Positions 47,221 through 57,015 of a DNA stretch of 64,000 nt are shown piece after piece. The stretch comes from Patescibacteria group bacterium (GTDB lineage Bacteria > Patescibacteriota > Saccharimonadia > Saccharimonadales > UBA4665), in contig DATIIM010000019.1 of NCBI GenBank assembly GCA_035479615.1, positions 29,590-93,589 on the forward strand, given 5' to 3'. A program made the position numbers and the translations under genes. The notes under the pieces are model-generated. The model was not told where the DNA came from. It searched no databases and worked only from the letters and a program-made list of their open reading frames with translations. Positions within the stretch are counted from its first letter, which is position 1. Each line of letters starts with the position of its first letter.

Positions 47221-47326
47221 GTTTTGTGACAGATTTCTATCTGTTGGATGGGTTCAAGACCTCTTTGGTTCATTTTACCTATAATCTTGTGCTCGTTTTG
47301 CAAACAAAACCACCTATACTACTAAC

Positions 47327-47695
47327 ATGAGCAAGAATGTTAAAGGCCTTTTGGCGGCGATAATCGCCCTTATTGTATTCGGCAGCTTCAGCGGCTATGC
47401 GTATTTTGCGCAGCATCAACATATGGTGGTTGGGTTGGCACTTATTGCCGGAATACTGTTGGCTGGTATTGACTGGGCACTACGCAAACCAGGGCGCACT
47501 CCGAACAAGGTAGTTATGAGCACTGCCTATATTATAGGTATACTGGGCGGTCCAGTTGTTCACCTCCTATGGGGCGAGAATACTCAATTCTCGATCGCTG
47601 TCTATTTATCCAGCCTTTGTCTGCCTTTAGTAGCGTATATACTCTTGGCTACATGTATCTTCGCCAGCAAAAGGCCTGGTTATTGGGGGCGTTAG
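47327..47695 (+). CDS. Hypothetical four-TM membrane protein
   Basis: 122-aa hydrophobic ORF; TATACT lies 6 nt before the ATG. Confidence 0.7.
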   Translation: MSKNVKGLLAAIIALIVFGSFSGYAYFAQHQHMVVGLALIAGILLAGIDWALRKPGRTPNKVVMSTAYIIGILGGPVVHLLWGENTQFSIAVYLSSLCLPLVAYILLATCIFASKRPGYWGR

Positions 47696-47701
47696 CTCCG
47701 C

Positions 47702-48007
47702 CTACATTGAACCGAGTTCGTAGACGCGGACTTCGCAGCCAGGGGCGTTAGACAACGGGTTGTTCTGGGTTAGGGCGACAGCTTCGTCAAGGTCCGCTGC
47801 CTTAATAATGGAGTAGCCGACAACAGTGTCAGATTCTTTTGATACTTTGCCGTCCTTGAGGACTGCCTTGCTGCCGAAAGCAGTGGGGTTGCCACCGTCT
47901 ACGACGTGCTCGCCAAGCGTGGCAAACCATTCGCCCCAGGCTTTGAGTGATTCCTCTGGTGGTGGCGTCGTGCGATCGCTGTGGTAAATGTAAATGAAGT
48001 TCTTCAT
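47702..48007 (-). CDS. YciI/DGPF-like protein
   Basis: MKNFIYIYH...WGEWF..LG..VVDGGNP...GYSIIKAADLDEAVAL...EVRVYE; 101 aa from the ATG at 48007. Confidence 0.78.
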   Translation of the reverse strand: MKNFIYIYHSDRTTPPPEESLKAWGEWFATLGEHVVDGGNPTAFGSKAVLKDGKVSKESDTVVGYSIIKAADLDEAVALTQNNPLSNAPGCEVRVYELGSM

Positions 48008-48029
48008 GGTTTCCTCCGCCGCTCGGGCA

Positions 48030-48374
48030 TTATTGTTTTTTGCTAAGTTCGGCGATGTAATTCTCGAGCGTTTCGCTGTCGTTGCCCCATTCGGTGCGGT
48101 ACTGTGCCATCCAGGCTTGGGTGGCTGCCAGGAGCGCGCGCCGCAGGGCAACAAAGTTGGTCCGTCCGACTTTTCGCCGCTGAATGAGCTGGGCTTCCTC
48201 GAGCACGCGAATGTGCCGGTGGATCGCAGCCAGTGATAGCTCATGCTCTTCAGCCAGTTGGCTGACCGTTGCCGGGCGGAACGAGAGCGTCGTTAAGATG
48301 CCGCGCCGCTTGTGGTTGCCAAGCGCGATAAAAACGGCGTCAAGTTGCTCAGGAGTTGCATCGTTACTTAACAT
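48030..48374 (-). CDS. ArsR/SmtB-family transcriptional regulator
   Basis: LDAVFIALGNHKRRGIL..L...PATVSQLA....LSLAAIHRHIRVLEEAQLI...KVGR; start at 48374. Confidence 0.88.
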   Translation of the reverse strand: MLSNDATPEQLDAVFIALGNHKRRGILTTLSFRPATVSQLAEEHELSLAAIHRHIRVLEEAQLIQRRKVGRTNFVALRRALLAATQAWMAQYRTEWGNDSETLENYIAELSKKQ

Positions 48375-48480
48375 GTATGTTAAGTATACAGTATCTACAC
48401 GCTCACGCAAGAGTATGCATCCAGCTAATGCTATAATGAAGATTAACTTTAGATAATTGAATATCCATAGGAGGGTATCG

Positions 48481-49422
48481 ATGGACCCAAACAACAATCA
48501 AACACCACAACCGTCTACGCCCATTCCCGGCCAAGAGCCGCCAGCAGCGCCAACTCCTGTAACTCCTCCTGTCTCTGATGTACCAGCCGAAGGGGTAACA
48601 AGCCCGACAACTCCGGCACCGACCGAACCATCCACGGTCCCGCCAACACCTACTCCGCCTGCGCCGGGTGTAACTCCGCCAACAAGCGGCCCGGGTACTG
48701 TCACTAACGCCTTTGGATCGCCTGCAATGCCTATGACTGACGATGGCATGCCACCGGCGGGCATGGGTGGCATGAGCCCAGCGCCAAAGAAGAAAATGAA
48801 CATTATGATGATCGCTATTATTGCGGCAGTGGCGGTTCTGGTACTGGCAGTTGCGAGCTACTTCCTGTTCTTCAAAAACAGCAATAAGTCGGCCGATAAG
48901 GCAGCCCAGCAGTCGTCCCACTCTTCTACAGTTAAGGCGACCGATATGGCCACCCTCAACCACGTTACGCTCAAGGCTCCTGCTACCATCGGCGGGTACA
49001 CCTCCCGGAACACTGGTGTAGCCACGGTGTCGGACTATGTCTCCACCGACAACACCTGTGAACTGATCGTCGGCACCGTAACTTCTACTCAGCTGCCGGG
49101 CGCCAACCTCGATGCCATTGTCCAGCCGCAGATTAAGCAGCTTAAAGACGCTGGCGCTACTGTTGCCGGCCCGAACGCTGGCACCGCACTGGTCCTAAAG
49201 GACAGCAACAACAAAACGTACAGTATGCCAACACTGACATTTGAATTCTCCCAGGGTAAAAAGCATGCCACGGTTCACTACAGCGCCGTTATCCTCAAGA
49301 GCGGCGACCGGGCGATCGTAAACCGGACCTGCATCAACGCTAATGGTACAGTTGACGCCAGTCGGTTGAATGCGCTGAACGACATAGCCAAGCTAGTTGT
49401 CGTCACCCCTATGGACATGTAG
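48481..49422 (+). CDS. Bitopic protein: Pro-rich N-terminus, one TM, extracellular domain
   Basis: MDPNNNQ start with SD GGAGGG; a P/T-rich stretch, KKKMNIMMIAIIAAVAVLVLAVASYFLFF, then a domain with two Cys. Confidence 0.75.
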   Translation: MDPNNNQTPQPSTPIPGQEPPAAPTPVTPPVSDVPAEGVTSPTTPAPTEPSTVPPTPTPPAPGVTPPTSGPGTVTNAFGSPAMPMTDDGMPPAGMGGMSPAPKKKMNIMMIAIIAAVAVLVLAVASYFLFFKNSNKSADKAAQQSSHSSTVKATDMATLNHVTLKAPATIGGYTSRNTGVATVSDYVSTDNTCELIVGTVTSTQLPGANLDAIVQPQIKQLKDAGATVAGPNAGTALVLKDSNNKTYSMPTLTFEFSQGKKHATVHYSAVILKSGDRAIVNRTCINANGTVDASRLNALNDIAKLVVVTPMDM

Positions 49423-49492
49423 CAATAGCCCGTGCTGTGTTACGATAATTGCAAGAGCTAATCACGATAGTTGGGGACAAAAGTAGAGATAT

Positions 49493-51130
49493 ATGAGTAA
49501 AGTCGCGCACTACCTGCAAGAGCATTTAGTTGGTGAGGTTATGATTTCGGCAGACGCCCGCCGGTACTTCTCGACAGACGGAAGTGTACTGACTATGACG
49601 CCCGCGATTGTTGCTTACCCACGAAACGAAAACGACGTACGCAAAACAGCCCGGTTTACCTGGCAGCTTGCCGAACGCGGGCGGGTTATACCGATTACGG
49701 CCCGTGGCGCAGGTACTGACCAAAGCGGTGCGGCGCTTGGCGCAGGCATTATGCTGGCCTTCCCAGCGCACATGCACCGTATTTTAGAGCTAGACGATAA
49801 AAGCGGTGTCGTGATTGTGGAGCCCGGGACTAACTACGGCAAACTCCAGCAAACGTTGCAAACGCACGACCGGTTCCTGCCGCCATTTCCGGCATCTTTG
49901 GAATACTCCACCATTGGCGGTGCGGTTGCCAACAACGCCAGCGGCGAAAAAAGCATCAAATACGGTTCGACGCGCGACTTTGTACGCGGCTTGCGCGTTG
50001 TGCTAGCCAACGGTGAAGTTATCGAGACGAGCCGGTTAAGCAAGCGCGACCTGAATAAGAAGCTCGGCCTCGCCACCTTTGAAGGCGAAATTTACCGCGC
50101 CCTTGATTCGCTTATCGACGAAAACCAGGACTTAATCGACAAAATGCGCCTGGGCGTTACCAAAAACGCCGCTGGCTACGACATTATGGATGTAAAGCGC
50201 CGCGACGGGTCCATTGACCTGACGCCGCTGATCGTCGGTTCCCAGGGGACACTCGGCCTCATTACCGAAATTGCCATGGAGACTGAGGCGTATAATGCCC
50301 ACTCCGTGTTGCTTGTGGCGCACTTTGACGACCTTGAAAAATTGCAAGCAGCAGTGCTTGAGCTGCGCAGCCTGCCTGAATTGCCAAGCGCGGTAGAGAT
50401 GGTAGACGACCAACTGCTTAACGTTGTAGATCGCCTCAACCCCAACCTGCTCAAGAATGCTGTACCTAAGCCATTCCCTAAGGTTGTACTGCTGGTTGAA
50501 TTCGACAGCACAAGCGACCGCATGCAAAAGAAGCTCACTAAAAAAGCCGTAAAGCTGCTAGAAAAGCACGCCACAACAGTATTTTCCGAGACCGAAGCTA
50601 GCAAGCAAGAAGAGCTTTGGAAGATCAGACACTCGTCCGCAATGGTGGTAGCCCACGGTGATGGCGGTATTAAAGCGCTGCCGATTATCGAAGACGGTGT
50701 TGTGCCGCCTGAGCGTTTCCGTGAATACCTAGAAGGTGTGTATCAATTATTTGCCCGGCACCATTTGCAAGCTGCCGTATGGGGGCATGCAGGGGACGCG
50801 AACCTGCACATGCAGCCGTTCCTTGACCTCGGACAGGTCGGCGACCGCCAAAAGGCGTTCCGTATCATCGATGAATACTACAATTTGGTTATCTCATTAG
50901 GCGGCAGCACCAGCGGCGAGCACGGCGACGGCCGGCTCCGCGGCCCATATCTGGAAAAGCTGTACGGCCCGGAAGTGTACGCGCTGTTCGGCAAGATTAA
51001 GCAAATTTTTGACCCATACGGTACGCTCAACCCAGGTGTGAAGATGAACGTAACTATCGACACCATCAAGCCGTTACTGCGCTCCAGCTACACCATGGAC
51101 CACCTGTACGACCATTTGCCGCGTTCATAG
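49493..51130 (+). CDS. FAD-binding oxidoreductase (GlcD / D-lactate dehydrogenase-like)
   Basis: ARGAGTDQSG, STIGGAVANNASG, GSQGTLG, GHAGDANLH and SGEHGDG. Confidence 0.9.
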   Translation: MSKVAHYLQEHLVGEVMISADARRYFSTDGSVLTMTPAIVAYPRNENDVRKTARFTWQLAERGRVIPITARGAGTDQSGAALGAGIMLAFPAHMHRILELDDKSGVVIVEPGTNYGKLQQTLQTHDRFLPPFPASLEYSTIGGAVANNASGEKSIKYGSTRDFVRGLRVVLANGEVIETSRLSKRDLNKKLGLATFEGEIYRALDSLIDENQDLIDKMRLGVTKNAAGYDIMDVKRRDGSIDLTPLIVGSQGTLGLITEIAMETEAYNAHSVLLVAHFDDLEKLQAAVLELRSLPELPSAVEMVDDQLLNVVDRLNPNLLKNAVPKPFPKVVLLVEFDSTSDRMQKKLTKKAVKLLEKHATTVFSETEASKQEELWKIRHSSAMVVAHGDGGIKALPIIEDGVVPPERFREYLEGVYQLFARHHLQAAVWGHAGDANLHMQPFLDLGQVGDRQKAFRIIDEYYNLVISLGGSTSGEHGDGRLRGPYLEKLYGPEVYALFGKIKQIFDPYGTLNPGVKMNVTIDTIKPLLRSSYTMDHLYDHLPRS

Positions 51131-51141
51131 GCCTATAGGGC

Positions 51142-51170
51142 TTGAGTTTTCCCCTTAAAACACGTACAAT
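51142..51170 (+). promoter_or_regulatory. Promoter of tRNA-Leu(GAG)
   Basis: TTGAGT, 17-nt spacer, TACAAT. Confidence 0.7.
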
Positions 51171-51183
51171 ACCCCCTGTTCAC

Positions 51184-51268
51184 GCGGACGTGGCGGAATT
51201 GGTAGACGCGCTACTTTGAGGTGGTAGTGAGGCAACTCGTGGAGGTTCAAGTCCTCTCGTCCGCACCA
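51184..51268 (+). tRNA. tRNA-Leu(GAG)
   Basis: Acceptor GCGGACG/CGTCCGC, anticodon loop TTGAGGT, long variable arm, GGTTCAAGTCC and encoded CCA. Confidence 0.96.
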
Positions 51269-51282
51269 GATCGAAATCAATC

Positions 51283-51310
51283 AAATCACGACAACTGTCG
51301 TGATTTTTTT
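51283..51310 (+). terminator. Rho-independent terminator after tRNA-Leu(GAG)
   Basis: AAATCACGAC-aact-GTCGTGATTT followed by a T tract. Confidence 0.8.
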
Positions 51311-51398
51311 GTTTTTTCCAGGTTGCTAGAGTGTAGTGGTCTTGATGCTAAGAAGATATGCGAGAAAGTGGGGCTGCACTGCCGATCGAGTACAGAGC

Positions 51399-51728
51399 CT
51401 ACGCTCCCTTACCGCCCACTACGGTCATCTCGGTTCGGTCGGTCATTGAAACAATAAGTGACATGAACTGACTTTGGATTCGCTCCTGTTCTTCCGGACT
51501 CATGTTTGATAAGTTTGCAGGGTCGCTATCTTTTGCTTGTTTGCTTTTCCATAATTCTAAGACCCAGATAACATCAGGTTCTTGGGTGGTGCATATCAGA
51601 TACTGCATACAGTTGGGGTTATTCTTGAGAGGTTCTTCTGCTGTTTGTCTCAAAAATTGTATTAACTCATCACGCTTACCAGGCTTGGCTGTAGCTTTTA
51701 CGTGCTGTGCATAGGGTCGCAAACTCAT
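51399..51728 (-). CDS. Antibiotic biosynthesis monooxygenase (ABM/YgiN)-family protein
   Basis: VKATAKPGKRDEL...PNCMQYLI...IWVLELW; 109 aa from MSLRP. Confidence 0.85.
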   Translation of the reverse strand: MSLRPYAQHVKATAKPGKRDELIQFLRQTAEEPLKNNPNCMQYLICTTQEPDVIWVLELWKSKQAKDSDPANLSNMSPEEQERIQSQFMSLIVSMTDRTEMTVVGGKGA

Positions 51729-51864
51729 ATGGCTCTGCTCCTTTGTTAAATGACGTTCATCATTGTACATTGTTCAATTTATATAGGAATAGTTGAGTAG
51801 GTGGGGAGCGACTGTCTTCTCGAACAGCGACGAGACGAGACACTATAGAAATCTAAAAAAGTGC

Positions 51865-51896
51865 TTGACATTGACGTTACGTCAGTGTTGTAGACT
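51865..51896 (+). promoter_or_regulatory. MerR-type promoter/operator 1 (MMPL gene)
   Basis: TTGACA, 20-nt spacer, TAGACT. The spacer overlaps the dyad ACATTGACGT-T-ACGTCAGTGT (51868-51888, one mismatch). Confidence 0.8.
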
Positions 51897-51954
51897 AAAA
51901 CCATGAGGATTAAGGTCCGTTTAAAACAACTAAGCAACGTGTACAGAGGTCATT

Positions 51955-54162
51955 ATGTTTAATCTTATAGCTCGATTTGCGGTCAAATTTCGATGGTTTA
52001 TTCTTATTTTCTGGATCGCAATGGTTCCTATCCTGAGTGGTGCACTGCCTAAAATTACCGATGTCGTCAAATCCAATAATTCAGATTTTTTACCCAAGAG
52101 TTCACAGTCGAGCAAAGCAGTCGCTCTAGAGGAGAGTTTTCAGTCTAAAGACACGATCAGTCAAGCCACTATCGTTATTTCGCGAAGTGGTGGGCTAAAC
52201 CAGAGCGACGCCAAAGCGCTAACAGCAATGGTCCAAGCAGTAACGAACACTACTGGTGTTGCGAGTGTGCGCGATTCGGGCACGTCTAAGGATGGTGAGG
52301 CGCATCTGTATACTGTTAACCTTGGCTCGAAAGCTGAAGGCCCCGCAGCGCTTACGGTAGCAAAGGATATTCGTCAAGCGATAAGCCAGAATAAGCCGCA
52401 GGGGGCAGAAGGGCATATGAGTGGTGCGTTCGCCCAAGCGGTTGATGCAAGTACATCAAACAATTCAGGGAAGAATAACACGACGCTGTTCACGATTATT
52501 TTTATACTCGTGCTTTTATTCGTCGTCTTCCGATCAGTACTGGCTCCCTTAGTCACGTTTATACCTGCTGGTTTGGCACTGGCCCTTTCCCAGCCGCTCA
52601 TTGCCAAAACCACGGAGTGGGGAGTACAAGTTTCATTCATTACTGAAATATTGCTCGTTGTCTTGATATTAGGCGCAGGCACCGATTATGGTCTCTTCCT
52701 GGTTTTTCGGGTCCGAGAAGGGCTTCGTAAAGGCTTAGCAACTAAAGAAGCCGTAATTCAGGCCGTGACACGTGTGGGCGAATCGATTACCTTTTCTGCA
52801 GCGACCGTTGTAGCTGCACTGCTTAGTTTGCTCTTGGCATCATTCGGCATTTACCGCGGTCTTGGACCTGCTTTGGCGATAGGGTTAGTGGTGATGTTGC
52901 TCATTGCACTCACCTTTTTGCCAGCGTTGCTTGCGATACTCGGCAGGGCTGTTTTCTGGCCGAGTGGGACTAATAAATATGAGGAAAAAATAGGCTTGTG
53001 GGGTCGTCTCGCAGATCGCGTCATTAAACGTCCAGTCGCAATGATTATAGTCGGTGTCCTCCTATTTGGTGGCTTAAGCCTCGGTATTATTGGGTATAAG
53101 ACAGCCGGATTCGCGAGTGGCAACGTCTCCGCAACTACCGACTCCGCAAAGGGCGACGCGGTAATAGCACAGCACTTTAGCGCGTCTCGAACCGCATCGC
53201 AATTCGTTATTTTACATTTTTCAGATTCAGTTTGGTCGAGTCAGAAGCTGCTCGATAAGGTCGAGCAGGCCCAACAAGCGCTGGCAGTGCAACCTGAATT
53301 CAAAGCCGTTGGTGGTCCGTTCAACGCAACCGGTCTAGGCCTGACGGCAGCTCAGCTGTATGCATTACACCAAATAAATCCCCAGCACCCGGCCTTTCTA
53401 GCAACCTCGCAGTTTATAAGTAGTGACGGGAAGACGGTGCAATTTTTCACAACACCGGCAGAAGGCAAATCAGGTAGTGTGGCAGTGGTCAACGCCACAC
53501 CTGCTATTCGCCAGGCTACTACCAAAGTCGGCAACAGTGTGAGTGCCGATCAGGCTCAAGTGTATAGCGCCGACGCGATGACCTACGACATAAACAAAAT
53601 AGCTAATAGCGACCTTAAGAAGATTGTCCCGACAGTGCTGGTAATAATTGCGCTACTTCTAGCATTATTGCTTCGCAGCGCGGTTGCTCCATGGTACCTT
53701 ATTGCCACCGTCGGCCTATCTTATCTTGCAAGCCTTGGCTTTGCTAGCTTGGTATTCTTACATATTTTGGGGCAGGATGGCCTGAATTTTGTCGTGCCGT
53801 TTATGCTATTTATCTTCTGCATGGCACTCGGCGAAGACTACAACATCTTAGTGATGAGTCGTATCCGAGAGGAAGCGCACACCGAGCCGACACTCAACGC
53901 GGCCGTTACGAAGGCTGTGGGTATTACGGGTACAACGGTAACCTCTGCCGGCCTTCTCCTGGCTGGTTCATTCGGAGTATTGGGTCTAGTTGGTGGCGCT
54001 CAGGTAGAACAGATTGGCTATGCTATTGCCTTTGGCATACTGCTTGATACGTTCTTTGTACGCACGCTGTTAGTACCAAGTATCGTGGCTTTGATAGGAA
54101 GGTGGAACTGGTGGCCGTCTCAATTATCAAAGGCAAACTTCCAGAGGCCCAGCGGCGGCTAA
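51955..54162 (+). CDS. MMPL/RND-family transporter
   Basis: Two-repeat topology with LGAGTDYGLFLVFRVRE and ALGEDYNILVMSRIREE; ends LGRWNWWP-like GRWNWWPS. Confidence 0.93.
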   Translation: MFNLIARFAVKFRWFILIFWIAMVPILSGALPKITDVVKSNNSDFLPKSSQSSKAVALEESFQSKDTISQATIVISRSGGLNQSDAKALTAMVQAVTNTTGVASVRDSGTSKDGEAHLYTVNLGSKAEGPAALTVAKDIRQAISQNKPQGAEGHMSGAFAQAVDASTSNNSGKNNTTLFTIIFILVLLFVVFRSVLAPLVTFIPAGLALALSQPLIAKTTEWGVQVSFITEILLVVLILGAGTDYGLFLVFRVREGLRKGLATKEAVIQAVTRVGESITFSAATVVAALLSLLLASFGIYRGLGPALAIGLVVMLLIALTFLPALLAILGRAVFWPSGTNKYEEKIGLWGRLADRVIKRPVAMIIVGVLLFGGLSLGIIGYKTAGFASGNVSATTDSAKGDAVIAQHFSASRTASQFVILHFSDSVWSSQKLLDKVEQAQQALAVQPEFKAVGGPFNATGLGLTAAQLYALHQINPQHPAFLATSQFISSDGKTVQFFTTPAEGKSGSVAVVNATPAIRQATTKVGNSVSADQAQVYSADAMTYDINKIANSDLKKIVPTVLVIIALLLALLLRSAVAPWYLIATVGLSYLASLGFASLVFLHILGQDGLNFVVPFMLFIFCMALGEDYNILVMSRIREEAHTEPTLNAAVTKAVGITGTTVTSAGLLLAGSFGVLGLVGGAQVEQIGYAIAFGILLDTFFVRTLLVPSIVALIGRWNWWPSQLSKANFQRPSGG

Positions 54163-54170
54163 AAAAGTAC

Positions 54171-54202
54171 TTGACATTGACGTTACGTCAATGTTGTTTA
54201 CT
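54171..54202 (+). promoter_or_regulatory. MerR-type promoter/operator 2 (ABC operon)
   Basis: TTGACA, 20-nt spacer, TTTACT, with the perfect dyad ACATTGACGT-T-ACGTCAATGT (54174-54194). Confidence 0.82.
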
Positions 54203-54238
54203 AGGGTTACGGATAAGCATTAAGAAAGGATGAATGTC

Positions 54239-54397
54239 ATGTCCAATAAACAATATTCGAGCGGCGTTGCCCTTGTCGGGCCTACACTCATAGGCCTCGG
54301 CGTAGGAATGCTCAAACATCATACTGCCCCTTACGTTGTCTTAGGTCTAGGGGTAGGCTTTGTACTCGTCGCCCTCATTAGGAGTCGGCGTTCGTAA
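54239..54397 (+). CDS. 52-aa two-helix membrane protein (below the ORF-track cutoff)
   Basis: MSNKQYSSGVALVGPTLIGLGVGMLKHHTAPYVVLGLGVGFVLVALIRSRRS; SD AGAAAGGA upstream; first gene after operator 2. Confidence 0.7.
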   Translation: MSNKQYSSGVALVGPTLIGLGVGMLKHHTAPYVVLGLGVGFVLVALIRSRRS

Positions 54398-54454
54398 TCG
54401 GACTCGTGCACGAAAGCATAAATAGAATAGCGATGCTAGAAAGGGAGGTTCGGT

Positions 54455-55396
54455 ATGGCAGATGAAGCAATTGTTGTAAAAAGCCTTAGAAAAGCCTACA
54501 AAAAGGTGCCGGTGCTAAATGGCGTAGATCTTACAGTAAAAAAGGGGAGCATCTTTGCTCTGTTAGGCGCCAATGGTGCCGGCAAAACAACAACCATTAA
54601 TATTTTGACGACACTACTCAAAGCCGATGGCGGTAGCGCCCAAATCTACGGGTACGATATTGACCGGCAAGGTGACAAGGTGCGCGAACATATCAGCCTG
54701 ACTGGCCAATTCGCTGCTGTTGATGAGATACTAACCGGCCGGGAAAACTTAATTATGATTGCCGAATTGCGCCATGTTGAGCACCCCAAGCAAACGGCCA
54801 AGGATCTGCTCGAGACTTTTGATCTTCAGGAGGCCGCAGAGCGGCCTATTACGACCTACTCTGGCGGCATGCGTCGCCGACTAGATATTGCTATGAGCTT
54901 AATCGATAACCCAGCCGTTATCTTTTTAGACGAGCCCTCAACAGGGCTTGACCCGCAAGGCCGTAATGCCGTGTGGAAAATTATTCGCAACTTGGCAAAA
55001 TCCGGGACGACTGTTTTTTTGACGACGCAATACCTGGATGAGGCCGACCAATTGGCCGATCGTATTGGCATCCTCAAAGACGGGAAGATTGTTGCCGAGG
55101 GCACATCAGCCGAACTCAAAAAGCTGGTGCCCGGTGACCATATTGTAGTCACCTTTGGCGACGAAGCCTCGCTGCAAGTTGCCAAACAGCTTTTTAAATC
55201 GTACAAAGTGAATGCTGACACCGCACAGCTTAGTTTATCTATCACCACTGACGGCAGTGTGGAACAAGTAACGAACATCCTTACTGGTCTCAAGCGCAGC
55301 GATGTTAAAGTCAGTGAGTTTTCGCAAAAAACGCCAACACTGGACGATGTATTTTTGACGATTATCGGCGACAAGCCGCACAAGGAGACAAAGTAA
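54455..55396 (+). CDS. DrrA-like ABC ATP-binding protein
   Basis: GANGAGKTT, YSGGMRRRLDIA, DEPSTGLDP, TTQYLDEAD and PTLDDVFL. Confidence 0.92.
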   Translation: MADEAIVVKSLRKAYKKVPVLNGVDLTVKKGSIFALLGANGAGKTTTINILTTLLKADGGSAQIYGYDIDRQGDKVREHISLTGQFAAVDEILTGRENLIMIAELRHVEHPKQTAKDLLETFDLQEAAERPITTYSGGMRRRLDIAMSLIDNPAVIFLDEPSTGLDPQGRNAVWKIIRNLAKSGTTVFLTTQYLDEADQLADRIGILKDGKIVAEGTSAELKKLVPGDHIVVTFGDEASLQVAKQLFKSYKVNADTAQLSLSITTDGSVEQVTNILTGLKRSDVKVSEFSQKTPTLDDVFLTIIGDKPHKETK

Positions 55397-56172
55397 TGCG
55401 TAAACAATCCAAGTTTGGCATGAAGTTAAGCGATACGAGAGTAATGGCCAAGCGCTCCATGCGCCATGCCGTTCGGAGCAAGGACACCATCATTACGTCG
55501 ATACTTATGCCTATTTTTATGATGCTTTTCTTTGTCTACGTGTTTGGCGGCTCAATTAAGACGGGCTCCGTGAAGTATATTGACTTTGTAGTGCCGGGTA
55601 TCGTGCTTATGAGCGTTTCTCTTGGTGCGGCATACGGCGCTATGCGACTCAGTACCGACATGACAAACGGCATTGTTAATCGGTTTCGTTCCATGCCTAT
55701 CGCCCGCTCGTCAATCCTTAACGGTCACGTTATAACTTCAGTTTTGTTTAACATGATGTCCGCGGTCGTGGTTATAGGTGTGGCTTTCTTGACTGGCTTT
55801 CGCACCGACGCTAATCTAGCCTCATGGCTCGCATTCGGTGGTCTAGTACTGCTATTTACTACAGCGTTAAGCTGGGCGTCGATGATAATCGGCCTTATTT
55901 CAAAAGGACCCGAAGGTGCTGCCGGTTTTAGCTACCTACTGCTCCTCGGTGTGTTTGTTAGCTCGGCTTTCGCACCGACTGATGCAATGGGCTCCGCCGT
56001 CCGGGCTTTTGCGGATCATCAGCCAATGACGCCAATCATCGAAACGGCCCGCTCACTCCTCACGCAAGGAATCCCAGGGCCAAGTGCTCGAATGGCCTTG
56101 ATATGGTGTGTTGTGTTGCTCGTAGTCTCATACGTCGTTGCATTGCGGATAGCGAGCCGTAAGACAGCTTAG
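55396..56172 (+). CDS. DrrB-like ABC-2 permease
   Basis: YIDFVVPGI, GIVNRFRSMPIARSSIL and FADHQPMTPIIE. Confidence 0.92.
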   Translation: MRKQSKFGMKLSDTRVMAKRSMRHAVRSKDTIITSILMPIFMMLFFVYVFGGSIKTGSVKYIDFVVPGIVLMSVSLGAAYGAMRLSTDMTNGIVNRFRSMPIARSSILNGHVITSVLFNMMSAVVVIGVAFLTGFRTDANLASWLAFGGLVLLFTTALSWASMIIGLISKGPEGAAGFSYLLLLGVFVSSAFAPTDAMGSAVRAFADHQPMTPIIETARSLLTQGIPGPSARMALIWCVVLLVVSYVVALRIASRKTA

Positions 56173-56200
56173 TGATAGCTGACGGCATATAATGAAAGGA

Positions 56201-56959
56201 ATGAATCAGCAGTTACTTACTATTAGCCAGCTGGCAAGATATGTCGGCGTGACTGTACGGGCCGTACGCCATTATCACGCCCTCGGACTGTTGCCCGAAC
56301 CCAAACGTGATAGTTCGGGCTACCGTCGTTATGATGCCAATGCAGTGGTTGAGCTGACCCGTATTAAGATTTTGGTTGGGGCTGGTGTGCCGTTGTCTCA
56401 AGTGGAAACTTTGATGCATGCGAAAACAGACGTTCTAGAGAAAGCAATCGTCTCCATCAAAGCAGATATCGCCGAACGAATTGCAAAACTGGCAGCAACC
56501 CAAAAACGCCTTGATGGACTACAGTCTGGCGACCGTATGTTTGTATCGGAGGTGGTAGCCGACTACCTGGACTCTTTACGACACATCGGGCTGAGCGCAA
56601 CAACAGTCTCTCACGAACGAGATGCCTGGATTTTAATAAGCGCTTTATATCCTGAACAAGTTGACGCATGGGCAGTTCAAAAAAAGTTAGTCATCACAAA
56701 GCCTGATATCGCAGCTCTTTACCGTCGTCTAGACGAAGCGCTGCAATGGCCAGCAGACGATCCGCGCTTTAGCGAGCTCGCAAAGGATATGCTTCATATT
56801 TCGCAGCAGCAGCGCGCCTCATCGGTCCCAGACCAAGATAAACTCACCTCAAATATGCAGGCCCTCTCACTTGTTGCCGGCTATGGCGTCGATGCATTTC
56901 CATCGTGGAAACAACTGCAAGAAACGATCAAGACGCTCACTGATAAGCCCGGACAGTAA
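56201..56959 (+). CDS. MerR-family transcriptional regulator
   Basis: LTISQLARYVGVTVRAVRHYHALGLL..P.RDSSGYRRY. Start is 56201 (7 nt after TATAAT) or 56192. Confidence 0.92.
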   Translation: MNQQLLTISQLARYVGVTVRAVRHYHALGLLPEPKRDSSGYRRYDANAVVELTRIKILVGAGVPLSQVETLMHAKTDVLEKAIVSIKADIAERIAKLAATQKRLDGLQSGDRMFVSEVVADYLDSLRHIGLSATTVSHERDAWILISALYPEQVDAWAVQKKLVITKPDIAALYRRLDEALQWPADDPRFSELAKDMLHISQQQRASSVPDQDKLTSNMQALSLVAGYGVDAFPSWKQLQETIKTLTDKPGQ

Positions 56960-57015
56960 GGGGTATCTGACCCGGCGATCCAGGCAGCCACACCAGACTG
57001 AAAATCGAGGCCTTT

